Part shown: piece by piece, positions 1 through 12,415 of the stretch | Numbering within the stretch: the first letter of the stretch is position 1 | How the letters are laid out: each line of letters opens with the position of its first letter | Source of the DNA: Haliotis rufescens | Lineage: Eukaryota | Assembly (NCBI RefSeq): GCF_023055435.1 | Contig: NW_025964361.1 | Coordinates: forward strand, 58,714,001-58,778,000 | Length of the DNA stretch: 64,000 nucleotides | Reading direction: 5' to 3' | Made by a program: the position numbers and the translations under genes | The notes under the pieces: generated by a model | Databases searched by the model: none | What the model saw: the letters and a program-made list of their open reading frames with translations, nothing else | What the model was told of the DNA's origin: nothing

Positions 1-898
1 GTCCATGTCTGTGTTCAAGTTGTGTTTGGTCTGACAATCATGGTCTGGAATAAGTTGTATTGTTAATATATTGAATAAGGCGATGGTATGACAATTTATT
101 ATACATGTATATACCGATAACTTAACATCAATAATCAAACATCGAAAATATGCTTGTTTCTAAGTATCTGATTCTGTGACACGTCAAAGCTTCTATAATC
201 GTCTCAAGCGCCACTATTCTCTCGGTGTAGTTGCGTCCTTTAGGTACGACAGAAACTTTACACTAGGTTTGGAATTCGAAAACGCATTTGATAATTTTAA
301 CTTACTAAATCTCCGTTGCCTATGCATCAGACTGAAATGTGAAACTGGACCACCAAGTGTGATTTTGGAACTGTGGTCAGTTATCAAGACCAATCCCATG
401 TACAGTAGAATACATTTCTGCCATGAAAATTGAATAAACGAACAACATGGATTTGGATAGATATTTTACTTTGAAACATTTTATACACTCGCAACTGTTG
501 CCTGCAATTTGCTGCGTGAAAAGTATCAATAATATGAAACACATCATCAATAATAACAATGTCATATAACATATTTCATATGTTGTTGCAAATAAAAATG
601 GACAAATATACAGTAACGGAACAATCATTCATAATGTGTCAATTATCATTACGGGGTCTTGTAATAGAATACCATATATCATTGCAAGCTAAGATCGAAG
701 CACATTCAGAGGATTATGGTCACAGCGGCACCATGGAAAACGACAGTGCTTATTTGATGTTAAGTTCAGGATTGTTCAGAGGCCACCCAGAATGTTTTCA
801 ACTGTAGCATTTGTTAGCATTATGCTACAAATGAAGAATGGTGTCTATGTTGAACAATATCATATGGTTTGAATGTTGTTAACATTATGTTATATTCA

Positions 899-1035
899 GA
901 GTGAGTGAGTGAGTGAGTGAGTTTGGTTTTACGCCGCTTTTAGCAATATTCCAGCAATATCACGGCGGGGTACACCAGAAATGGGCTTCACACATTGTAC
1001 CCATGTCGGGAATCGAACCCGGGTCTTCGGCGTGA
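899..1035 (-). mobile_element. tRNA-derived SINE family 1 (about 160 bp, (CACT)n tail), 5'-truncated
   Basis: B box ggttcgattcc on the minus strand; body identical to other copies. Another copy lies at about 4524-4670. Confidence 0.85.
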
Positions 1036-2381
1036 ATTGGATTGAATGTTGTCAGACTGCCAAATAATGTTTATGATAAATAGATGTATGATGCATGGTA
1101 AAAAGTGGATGCGTTCCCTATATATGCCGAATAATATATGGTCACGTTTTCGCCAACAATACCTCGAGCCGTTTAACCAATTTGATGCCGTTGACAATGG
1201 TGGTGTATTTTCACGCATAGCCGTTTTTGCCTATCCCATTTAGGGGGTAAAAAGAACTGTCACAACGCTATTCTTAAAGTTTGTCATTCGTACATTGACA
1301 ACATCCTTTAGAAGGTATGACTACATCAATGTATGAACCAAACGCAGGACGTAACAAACAAAATGGTAAGTCGTAACAAATTCATAGACTACGTAATTAG
1401 ACGGATATGTTTAAATATTTTGTTCATTAAATGAATATACCTCGGTACAAAACTACATATGTGATATCTCACGTCTAATCTACTTTAAGTTGCATCGTCA
1501 TCATTATAGCTTGTAACGATGGTAGATAGTCTAGTGGAAATTGTGTAATATTTACTAATTTTGTATTTTATGAAAATGCAAAAGATGCAGTACATAGATG
1601 AAAATGATGTATAACATGGATGATAACAAACAATGGATAGTCTAGTGTTCATGTGCATGTACCTCCTTCGGAGATATCTGGAGATCATTGGATTTTACTT
1701 ACGAAATAATGATGTAATTGTATAAAATTATACATTCAGACGAACAATATGAAGCTTGTCAAACATTTCTACAAGAACTATCTATGGATTCATGTGATTC
1801 CTGCACATATGCCTTTGTTATTGATTTTGTTGAAAACTAACATATTTGGTTTTTACTTTTTTTATAAATAAATGATATTATCCTACATGAAAACACAATG
1901 CCATTTATCGTGTGCTGGCGATTATGTGCCTCACTCTTGCAGTGTGGGTTCGAATCTCGGATGGGACTCAACCTAAAAAGGTACTCGAATCTGTACTTGA
2001 CTAAGATAGTGTTATCCCAAATATAACATTTGTTACTATCATACATGATTTACAAGTCTGTTTGTTCTACTTTACATCATGTTACTGCATTTTACATATC
2101 CCGCGAAAACATGTTTTGTTAAAAACTTGATATACTTACTTGCATCATATATCTACTTGCTAACGGTTGTTATGTTCCAACACACTTTAATAAGAAAATA
2201 CTTATACCTGCTCTACATGCAAAGCATGTACTGAGAGTGTTAACGTTTTGTGTCATATCGACCATTTATCCGTCACGAAAAGCTAAAGTCTGTACATCGC
2301 CCATGCACACATGTATATAGTATAAGTTATTGACAATCACTTGTTTGGTGACACATATATATAACAACCAAACAAAGTTTA

Positions 2382-5300
2382 TCATATATCCGTAACTGTG
2401 GCAGATGCTGTTGTTGCAGTAGGCGAGGAAGGGACTGAATGTGTAGATGAACGAGACTGGCGAGGAAGAGAAGGAAGACGTTTCATCTCTACGGGTGGGA
2501 GGTAATACGGATCGGGTGGCGGCTCAGCTGGGTAGTCTTTGTCAGGATAGGGTGCATCGGCTGAAACTGAAGAGTGAGTGAGTGAGTGAGTTAAGTTTTA
2601 AGTCACATGGGCAATATTTCAGCCATAACGTGACTATGAAACTGAAGATATGTCAGTAGTTATTATATGTTTTCAAATGTAAATAATGTCCTAATAATTA
2701 TTTATAATGCCACAGCCAAGATAAAAAATATTGATATGAATTTCGCTGGAATCTTGGTTGGTTTGATGAAGGAACTAGGAGTCAAAGGGCGCTTTTGCAG
2801 CTGTTAATGATTCATTAAATATTAACACTAAAATAAGAGTCCTAATCTATGTCAATAAAGACAATGTGAAAGAAACACGGTTTCTACAGCTACTGGTATA
2901 TGGTGTTTGATTTATTGTACAGAAAATGGTACTTTTGAGATAAATACCTAAATCGTAGTCCATCCAAACAAATAATGTGAGGGAGGTGGGTTTTAAAGAC
3001 GCTTTTTTTAATAGTATTCCAGTTATATCACGGCGTGTCAGCTTAATGTCGGAGGAAAGCCCGAAGTGATGCAGGTCTCAGACGTTTACCACTTCGGTGA
3101 AACCCACGAGCACGGGTATGGTGCTGACAAACCTAGAAACATAATCGGGTCGAACCGGGATTCGAACCCACAATCATAGGTGTCGGGCCAAACAAATAAA
3201 GCTCGAGTTTGTTTTAAACATATTATATTGACATTAAAAGGGCAAATGGTTGCCCAACATACAACACCATTTCTATAAACACATTTACAGGTAGCGGACA
3301 ATAATGTAAATATTAAGCATATAGATAAAGTGCATTCATCATCCAAAACTGGCTCCCACAGGTGAGATCAAGCGATATCTACATTGAAGATACCGCTGCA
3401 ATGAAATTGCATCACAATGCTTTGCAGACCATTGTGACGTCACTGGTTACCATGACGTCACAATCAAATGACACCATTAATGGCTACTGCTACTGAAGCT
3501 GTTAGCAGTACTTTTTACACTTAAGACACTGCTTATTACTGTCTACAAACTGAAAAAGTTGGAAGAATGATGTAGGTTGAAAAATTTATTCCTCACCCTC
3601 TTGTCTTTTGATATCAAAAGACACTCGGGTGTGATTCTCTAAATAAATGCGATACTTCCATGGAAACAATCACATTAATAATATATAAAATCACATATTC
3701 TATTGCTGTGGTGAAGGCACCGTGTACTCCACTATGACGTAATGTATATAAAGGTACATTTGCAAATTTTATCGAATACTTTACTTATGTCTCAAAAAAC
3801 ATATCTTTTGTCTTATCTTTGAAATTATATAATTTGGCCACTTGACACGCAGTGAGATCACCAGCTTCAAATCCTTATTGCAAAGATGTAAGAAAAAACT
3901 GACACATTCTTTAACACACATTTCTCATACACTTTCGACAAACTGGTATGAGGGACAGCTCTATAATTAGAACTATCATAATTTTATACTTATGTACTCG
4001 AACCACGGAGGAACATGTCCATATATCAGGAAAATGTGAAGTTAATAATGAGGAATTTAAGAAATTACATAAAGGACAAAAAAATAGTTCTGCTAAATAC
4101 TTGAGGACACGATTACTAATAGTATCAGTCCACGATGTTGCTTTGGATAATAAAATGTCTCTAACTTCAGATTTTTTAGACTTATACTCAAATCAAACAT
4201 TGACATGTTTGACATAATGTATTAATGTTTGCACACGATTTTAAATATCAAGACGGCATGTGTTAATTAGCAAGACATATCGCCAAAAGGAATTGTATTG
4301 AAAAATGACCTCCAACGGATAAAATATTGATTCATTATGAAGTTCTTATGGCATTATAATTGGGACATTCGAGCAAAAAAGTGATAGACGTTTTCACATA
4401 AATTTCCACACAGGCATATCAGGTTTTCTGACAAATTGACTTTAAATAAATCTGCATTATGGGAACTAAAGGCATGTAACATTCGGGTATGAATGATATT
4501 TGCTACCCTGTCCCCAGATAAGAAGTGAGTATGGTTTTACGCCGCTTTTAGCAATATTCAAGCAATATCACGGCGGGGGACACCACAAATGGGCTTCACA
4601 AATTGTACCCATGTCGGGAATCGAACCCGGGTCTTCGGCGTGACGAGCGAACGCTTTAACCACTAGGCCCCGTCTAGTGGTCCTCTGACCATGATGAGAG
4701 TTTGTCATTATAGTGTATACTAGTAAGCTACTACGCCAATCCCTATCAAAAGCTTCAGAGACATCACAGAATATCATACAATTCCTGCTTGTTAACAGAT
4801 AAATCAATGTTAGTATTAATTCCAAGTATACGTGTAATAGTAGAGTGTCCTGGAACAAATCCGGATTGGATTGAATTGCAACAGCTGATTTCTATAAAAT
4901 GGTTGTGAAAATGTTTCAAAACAAGTCTGTCCAATAACTTCCCTGGCATAAGCTTATTAGTCTATAATTCAAGAAAGGAATTTGTGTTCTTATTCAATGT
5001 CATAACGTGAGGTTATTTGCTCTCAAATAAAAAATGTGTGATGATTTATTGAAGATGATGCAAAATGGTATTTCAACTGTATCTGCTTATGGCTCTAACA
5101 TGTTTAAAGTTATCCAGACCCCTGGATTTATTACAAGATACAGACTTGACAAGGTCACGACTTTCTAGCTCTTGTATGGTGATATCAGCGAGGAAGCATG
5201 AACAAGGTTGTTAACAGGGAGGTATAGGGTGAGTATTAGCTTCAACAGTACCAGGAGACTCACAATAACCATAGAGAACTTCAGTATTGTCAGTATCTTA

Positions 5301-7913
5301 AACACTGAAGGTTTATCTGAGCTAGCTTTAGTAAAACGCGTGGGGATACATGTCGTTCTTCAATCTTTCATAATGTATCTAACAGTCTCAAATAAGTAGT
5401 AGTATTTTGTTACTTGCGTATCTAGGAATCTCTTTATGTTTGAATTAAACTTTCTTTGGCAACCTTTTTCATATTATTTAACTTATTTCTTTTATAATTC
5501 GACGTTGACGTTGGCGGTTTATGTGGTATGTGGTCGAGTAAGAAGACCCGTCAAATACCACTAATAAACAATGAGTGATTTGTTTTAATTACTGTAACAA
5601 AGTTTTAATTAGTGCTGTCATAATGCCTGTAGTTTTGGATAAATACCTTCCCCATTGGTGATTCCGGGTCAGAATAGGTACAAAGTGTACCACGCTTGTC
5701 GAAAGAGTCGACAAAGGCCATCGGCTGGTCAGTCTCGTCGACTTTGTTAACTGACGTGTCACCATAAGATGGATGTCTGGTCAAAACTCCATTATGTAAA
5801 GGCCGCTGACATGTAGGTAGAATAGTGCAGCTAGGGGCTTTGAAAACGAACCTCGCTAAATATAATATATACCTGTTGAGTTAACATCTTCTTGGCTGTT
5901 TGTGGATACTGGTTGACCCTGTCTTCGTGATTTACGACGACGGTAGAGGCAATATAATATGACACCCACGACCACAGCAATCAGAACTAAAATCCCCACC
6001 ACGAGTCCAACAATAAGTCCAGTATTTGCTGTGCTGAAATGTAAACCAAGACGTTGTCAATGACATGTGGGCAGCTATTATGTCACAGGTACACGTCATT
6101 GTACTTCCTATTCCGTTTCAATGTCAGTCTTTAAGCTCCAACATATGAATTGTTATATAATTACCAGATAATTTCTGAAAGGATGCTCGAGTTATGATGT
6201 ACTGTCATCAAGGATACAAGGTTCGATGGGGTAAACAATCCAGTGAGTGAGTGAGTATGGTTTTACGGCGCTTACCAGGAATGGGTTTTCCCGCCTACCC
6301 ACTAGCTGGAGACCAGAGTTCGATTCCTATCTTGGATACAATATGTGAAGCAGTTGCTTGTGTCATCCCGCCGTAATATGGATGAACTATTGTAAAAGGC
6401 GGTGTAACCTCTACTGCCAAACACACTCATCAAGATGTTTCACATTTCGAGACTTCGAGACTTACATATTTACTTGTGGTTGACTTCATAAACACACAAT
6501 GTCTCAACCACATTTAACTGTTATTTGTGATATCTTGATTTATCTATTTCTGTCACAGAGTCCAATATTATCCATTGTACTGAATCTCCAATTTGTTATG
6601 ATAAATACTAGTACCATGTACACATTTGCTACCATAGCCTCGATATAAGCCCATTTCGAGTGTGACGACTCTAAAACAAAGCGTCCAGTTAAATCACTCG
6701 CACGAGCGAGGGGGATTCTGTGCTACTAATGAGATAGGAGAGATTGAGGTGGTCACGTCACTTCCGAAACATACTTATGGCGATAAATTTATCATAATAA
6801 AATGTCATAATAAAATGGAGATATAACAGAAACATAGGTCTCTGACTTTCTGGTATGAGTATACCTGTAAGCGTTGTCAGTGACGGTCTGTGTATTACGA
6901 TGACGATACGGTGAGAATTTCATAATGATGTTTAATTATTGCAATATGGATGTGTAACTCCGCACTCAAAGAAATGTCTTTCTGACACACTCCTCAATAA
7001 CGAATGTCCGATCCATTTGTCTTTTGGCAGTAGCCTACGTGTACATGTATAATATCCTACACAGTGTGATCAAACATAACAGGTCCTGTGACATAATGAT
7101 ATGACATGACATAATGAATGAGTAGTATTATGCCGCTTTGAGTGGTATTTCCGTGGTATCACGGCGCGCCAGCTTGATGTTAATGGAAGGTCCTAACGAT
7201 TGCCATTTCGGTGAATCCCATGAGCATAAGTATGGTGCCGATAATCCAGTATGGGTCATAACTAGGCGAGCCTTATTCAAACCAACGAACATGAACCACA
7301 TGATCATGACACGTCTAAGGGACGCAACTCTGCACAGACTAGGTCACCGGTTAGCGTCGCCTGACACACCGAGCTTCGCATGGTATGCATAATAACGGCG
7401 CTTCACCAGTAAAATACCACAAAAACACAAATGTGTACCCACCCTGGCTCGCTGCAGCAGTATGTAGATGACAAACCACAACAGTTGAATTCACAGTATT
7501 TCTTTCTGTAAGTCCCATCAGAATTTTTCACGTAACACACTTCTTGCGCGTTGGCTTTGGAGGAAACGAATCTGATGATTAATAGCATGCTTTAATTTTT
7601 AATATTGAAGAATCAACAGAAAATGTGACAGAGAACAGTAGCATACCCTCACTGCTTTTGGTGTGGTTAAGTAAATGATTAAAATAAAGTACATTGTAAT
7701 ATAGACTTACTATTTCAAGCAGCGAAAACAGGCTGCACAATCACTCCCGTAAACACCCCCGTAAGCAATGAACGTTTACGCATGAATGATTCGTGTTATC
7801 AAGATCAAAATCAACATTCGCGTCCTGATCTGACACATTAACATGAACATATAGATGTACTCACAGATAGCGAATATAGGTACAATAATACATCCACCCT
7901 TCAAGGAAGTCAT
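2382..7913 (-). CDS. Gene A: CYYR1/Shisa-like single-pass membrane protein, 4 exons (7865-7913, 7443-7554, 5873-6033, 2382-2566), about 168 aa
   Basis: Hand-spliced with GT-AG introns of phase 1/2/1 and no internal stop. Signal MTSLKGGCIIVPIFAISNA; ectodomain QEVCYVKNSDGTYRKKYCEFNCCGLSSTYCC; TM GLIVGLVVGILVLIAVVVGVILYCLY followed by RRRKSRR; Pro/Tyr tail ending ATVTDI*. An alternative in-frame acceptor would start exon 4 at 2560. Confidence 0.85.
2574..2636 (-). mobile_element. Short SINE 3' fragment with 12-bp TSD at the gene A exon 4 acceptor
   Basis: TSD tgaaactgaaga at 2562-2573 and 2637-2648. A similar fragment occurs at about 61960-62025 (+). Confidence 0.8.
4700..5450 (-). mobile_element. 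Degraded non-LTR retrotransposon (CR1/L2-like) reverse transcriptase fragment
   Basis: Minus-strand peptides GKLLDRLVLKHFHNHF..IQSGFVPGHSTI and IFCDVSEAFDRDW match LINE RT motifs (QxGF..ST; FxDxSKAFDRV). Frameshifted; boundaries approximate. Confidence 0.75.
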
Positions 7914-9545
7914 TGCGACACCATACAACATGGCCGTGAGTGACCTAGTTGTGAGTCGCTTGCGTGTTGATCTTCCAGGGCACCCGGCTTGCCAGTGTAC
8001 TGTATGGAAAGCGCCAGACCATGACGCCCTATTTGAGGCGTCTACACATGTAACGCAGGCCGCCTGCGGGCGACCAGTGTGTGGGGAGGGGGGGTGGGGT
8101 ATTAACGGTGACTCTGCATATTGTACATTCAACAAGGTGCGAAGCGCACGGTGTGTGTAAGCAAAGGAAACATGAGTTGTCGTTTTAAGCCTTTTAAAAA
8201 TTACTTGTATATGTCAGTCAAAGTCATCCGAGAGCCTCCATGGAGTCCGACGGTCAAGATATGACCGGACATCAGGCCCTGACAGTCGAATCCTTGGCTA
8301 TGTCAAAGGTTGACTGCAGTCAAATTGTTTACTTTCTGCTTTGTAAAGTGTGTGAAATTTGGGCTTTGTCCCCGGCGATTAGGGTACTTGGTTTTGGTTG
8401 TATGTTTGTTGTTTAACGCAATTTTCCAGCTATATGACGGCGGTCTGTAAATAATCGAGTCTGGACCAGACAATCCAGTGATTGACATCATGAGTATCGA
8501 TCCAGGCAATTGGGATACGATGACATGCATCAACCAAGACAGTCGCCCCTTACGACAAGCATAGTCGTTTTTTATGGCAAGCATACGGTTGCTGAACCCG
8601 GATATTCACGGGTCTCAGGGTACTTGTTACTGATCAAGTTTATAAAGTAGACAGACAAAGATGTGTTTGACTGACTTCAGTCCAATTTGCTAGTCCAGCC
8701 AAATTGCCGAGTATAGTCCTTTGAGCGGATTGTAGACTATCAGTTAGTCTCTGAAACGAACATACTTCACCGTTGTGTATATTATCAGGATAAGATATAA
8801 TAAAACGGAGCCCAGAGTCTATGTTCGTGTTCGGAAACTGTAAGAACCTAGACTTGCCAATTATTATATATTTTCATGGGCTGTATTGGAAACAGTGTGT
8901 TGTTTGAGGGTCTGAATGACAGACCAAGCGTATTGCAAAAGATGACGATTAAGAAGATCAGCAATTAAGCTAACGAAAATGTGAACGCTTAATTTGAGTA
9001 ATTACAAATCCTACCAAACTATACACACATGTACACTGATATGCTGACAGGTCGATCAGCATGATCGTTAAAAAACATCTACTCGTTTCATATGACAAGC
9101 ATGGTATTCTAATAATGCAGCGCCTGGAGCATACACAGCGCATGGATGGAGTCATGTGCTTCACGAGAGGACAATATAACAGTATCTGCTCTTTCCTGAA
9201 ATTACATGGGACCTAAACGTGCAAAATAGACTGAGAGAAAGCACTGTCCAGGTGACTTTGTTAACAAATAATAATGTTACACACATGTGTAGGTTTGTGG
9301 ATACCACATGTATATAGAAATATTCCGTAGACATACCACACGCAGTGTTGATAAGGATTCATGATGCAGCGAGGTCTATGGATCATCAGTATGTATCAGG
9401 ATTGAGACACAATCACCTGCATATGACTTTGAAAGCAAACACGAGAAACTATTTTATGTGTGTTATCTGTTTATTCATATCTAATTAGTCCCCTATGCAT
9501 AGGACAAATATATAACGTTTAAATAGCGTAGATCACATTTAGATG

Positions 9546-9821
9546 TGTGAGTGAGGTGAGGTGAGGTGAGGTGAGGTGAGGTGAGGTGAGTGAGTGAGTG
9601 AGTGAGTGAGTGAGGTGAGGTGAGGTGAGGTGAGGTGAGTGAGGTGAGTGAGGTGAGGTGAGTGTGTGAGTGAGTGAGTGAGTGAGTGAGTGAGTGAGTG
9701 AGTGAGTGAGCGAGGTGAGTTGAGTTGAGTTGAGTTGAGTTGAGTTGAGTTGAGTTGAGGTGAGGTGAGGTGAGGTAAGTGAGTGAGTGAGTGAGTGAGT
9801 GAGTGAGTGAGTGAGTGAGTG
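9546..9821. repeat. Compound microsatellite (GTGAG)n/(GAGT)n/(GAGTT)n, an expanded SINE tail
   Basis: Directly visible; contiguous with a family 2 SINE. Confidence 0.95.
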
Positions 9822-10258
9822 GAGTTGGATTAACACTGCTTTGATTAGTATTTCAACTGAGTCGAGCTGGGCTGGGAGGAAAGCCCTAAGTGACACAGGT
9901 CGTTGGTGTATATCTGGGATATACAGTGATGATAAAGACAAAGACCATCACTAGGGTGAACCTGGAATTCGAACCTACGATCAGCGGCACCTGACCATAA
10001 ACCGCTGGACCACCCGAGCCCCTACAATGATGTAACTATGATTGATTTTAGATCTTCCTTGTGACATGACATGTCATGGTATGACAATAATACAGTGTTT
10101 TGGATCAGGTAAGTATTTTCGTTTTGAACAAGACATCGTGTAAGATACTGTCAACGTTTGGGTGTTCTCAAGGCCTGGCATCAGGAAGAAGGCACGGGAG
10201 AGAGAGACGCTGTCTGTGCAGGGGGTGGACCTGGCGCTGGTTGAGGGGATGACTCCGT

Positions 10259-10530
10259 CGTCGGGAGGTAGGCTGTTTCAACCATCACTGCAGCGTATGA
10301 TGGGGGAGGCTGTGATATACCTGCCGTCGGGAGGTAGGCTGTTTCAACCATCACTGCAGCGTATGATGGGGGAGGCTGTGATATACCTGCCGTCGGGGGT
10401 AGGCTGTTTCAGCCATCACTGCAGCGTATGATGGGGGAGGCTGTGGCATACCTGTCGTCGGGGGTAGGCTGTTTCAGCCATCACTACAGCGTATGATGGG
10501 GAAGGCTGTGCCATACCTGTCGTCGGGGGG
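10259..10530 (-). repeat. Coding VNTR, 4 units of 66/65 bp (YLPTAGISQPPPSYAAVMVETA)
   Basis: cgtcgg anchors at 10259, 10325, 10391, 10456, 10521. Confidence 0.9.
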
Positions 10531-10859
10531 TAGTAAGCAGGGGGTGGGGCAGGGTAGGCGTGGCTTCTGTTGAGTGCAGGTGTAGTTGGTATCGTGCCTA
10601 GGTGAAGACAATACAGAAGAAGGAATTTCCTGGCAGCCATTACTTCTGTTCGTTGTTTTATACTGAACTAAGCAATATTCCAGCTATGGGGTATGTAAAT
10701 ATTCAAGTCTTGACTGAACGGTCTGGTGATTTACATCATAAGAAACAATCCACGCAGTCGGGATACATGACACACAATCACGCATTCACCGAACCAGATT
10801 ACTCAAACCTTGTCGCCTCTTATGACCAGCATTGGCTCGTGGGTATCAATTCATACCAG

Positions 10860-10966
10860 GGCCCACTTGCACAAAGCGATATTAGCGCTAAGATTATCTT
10901 AACTCCCATACTTTAACATAGGCTTACGATAGTCTTAGCGCTAAGATCGTTTCGTGCAAGTGGGCC
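10860..10966. mobile_element. 107-bp MITE, PIF/Harbinger-like
   Basis: TIRs ggcccacttgcacaaagcgat..ttagcgctaag and their reverse complement, flanked by CAG/CTG (CWG target). Confidence 0.75.
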
Positions 10967-11398
10967 CTGGACTTCCAGCGGGACAAACATTTCACGAACC
11001 CGACTAAATCGTTACCGTACACATACGAAACTTTGCTCTAATTACAGCATGTCATACACGGCCGTCAGAGTTGGCGACAATGATGTGTTCACTCGTGGCT
11101 GCTGAAACTATCAACTTTAAAGAAACATATGCTATATGTTATCTCTAAAATGGGGTGTTACCTGTGGATATGACAGCAAGTCCGTTGCACGCGGCGTTAT
11201 CGTTGTTACGTTGTTGCTTTGGTCTCGCCGACAGCAGCAGAAGAAGATTAGTACCACCAGGACGATCAGCCAAACAGTATCACTCCCGCGTCCAGTAAAC
11301 AGCTGTGTCGACGTGCTGCTGTTGCCACTGTGATAGTCGACAGTCGAGTGAGTGAATTGTGCATCTTACATACGATATGGTACAGGATCATACTTAAG

Positions 11399-12415
11399 CT
11401 ATGTATGTATGTATGTATGTATGTATGTATGTATGTATGTGCGTAAGTGCGTGCGTGCGTGCGTGCGTGCGAGCGTGCGTGCGTGGGTGGGTGGTTGGGT
11501 GGGTGCGTGCGTGCGTGCGGGTGGGTAGGTGGGTGTGGGTGTGTGTGTGTGGTGTGGGTGTGGGTGTGGGTGTGGATGGGTGGATGGGTGGATGGATGTA
11601 AAATGTGCTGCAGTATATGGACACATGTCATTTACGACACGGTGCAGTATATGGAAACCTGTCATGGACAACATGGTGCAGTATATGGACACCGGCCATG
11701 TACAACATGGTGCAGTGTATGGACACCTGTCTTGTACACCATGGCGCAGTATATGGACACCTGTCATGTACAACATGGTGCAGTATATGGACACCTGTCG
11801 TGGACAACATGGTGCAGTATATGGACACCTGTCGTGTACAACATGGTGCAGTATATGGACACCGGCCATGTACAACATGGTGCAGTATATGGACACCGGC
11901 CATGTACAACACGGTGCAGTATATGGACACCTGTCGTGTACAACATGGCGCAGTATATGGACACCTGTCTTGTACAACATGGTGCAGTATAAGGACACCT
12001 GTCGTGTACAATATGGTGCAGTATATGGACACCTGCCATGGACAACATGGTGCAGTATATGGACACCTGTCTTGTACAACATGGTGCAGTATATGGACAC
12101 CTGTCATTTACATCATGGTGCAGTATATGGACACCTGCCATGTACAACATGGTGCAGTATATGGACACCTGCCATGTACAACATGGTGCAGTATATGGAC
12201 ACCGGTCATGTACAACATGGCGCAGTATATGGACACCTGTCATGTACAACATGGTGCAGTATATGGACACCTGTCATGTACAACATGGTGCAGTATATGG
12301 ACACCTGTCGTGTACAACATGGTGCAGTATATGGATACCTGTCATGTACAACATGGTGCAGTATATGGACACCGGCCATGTACAACATGGTGCAGTATAT
12401 GGACACCTGTCGTGT
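11399..12415. repeat. Compound microsatellite (11399-11600) plus 34-bp minisatellite (about 24 copies, acaacatggtgcagtatatggacacctgtc(a/g)tgt)
   Basis: Contiguous head-to-tail units in intron 2 of gene B. Confidence 0.95.

Noticed and set aside
7711-7783. ATG-initiated hydrophobic segment ending at a gtaagt donor (-), a candidate exon 1 of gene A
   Set aside because: It has an in-frame TGA before the donor. The 49-bp exon at 7865-7913 matches the paralogs exactly.
10162-10431. Plus-strand 89-aa repeat ORF
   Set aside because: It is the antisense shadow of the gene B exon 4 VNTR.
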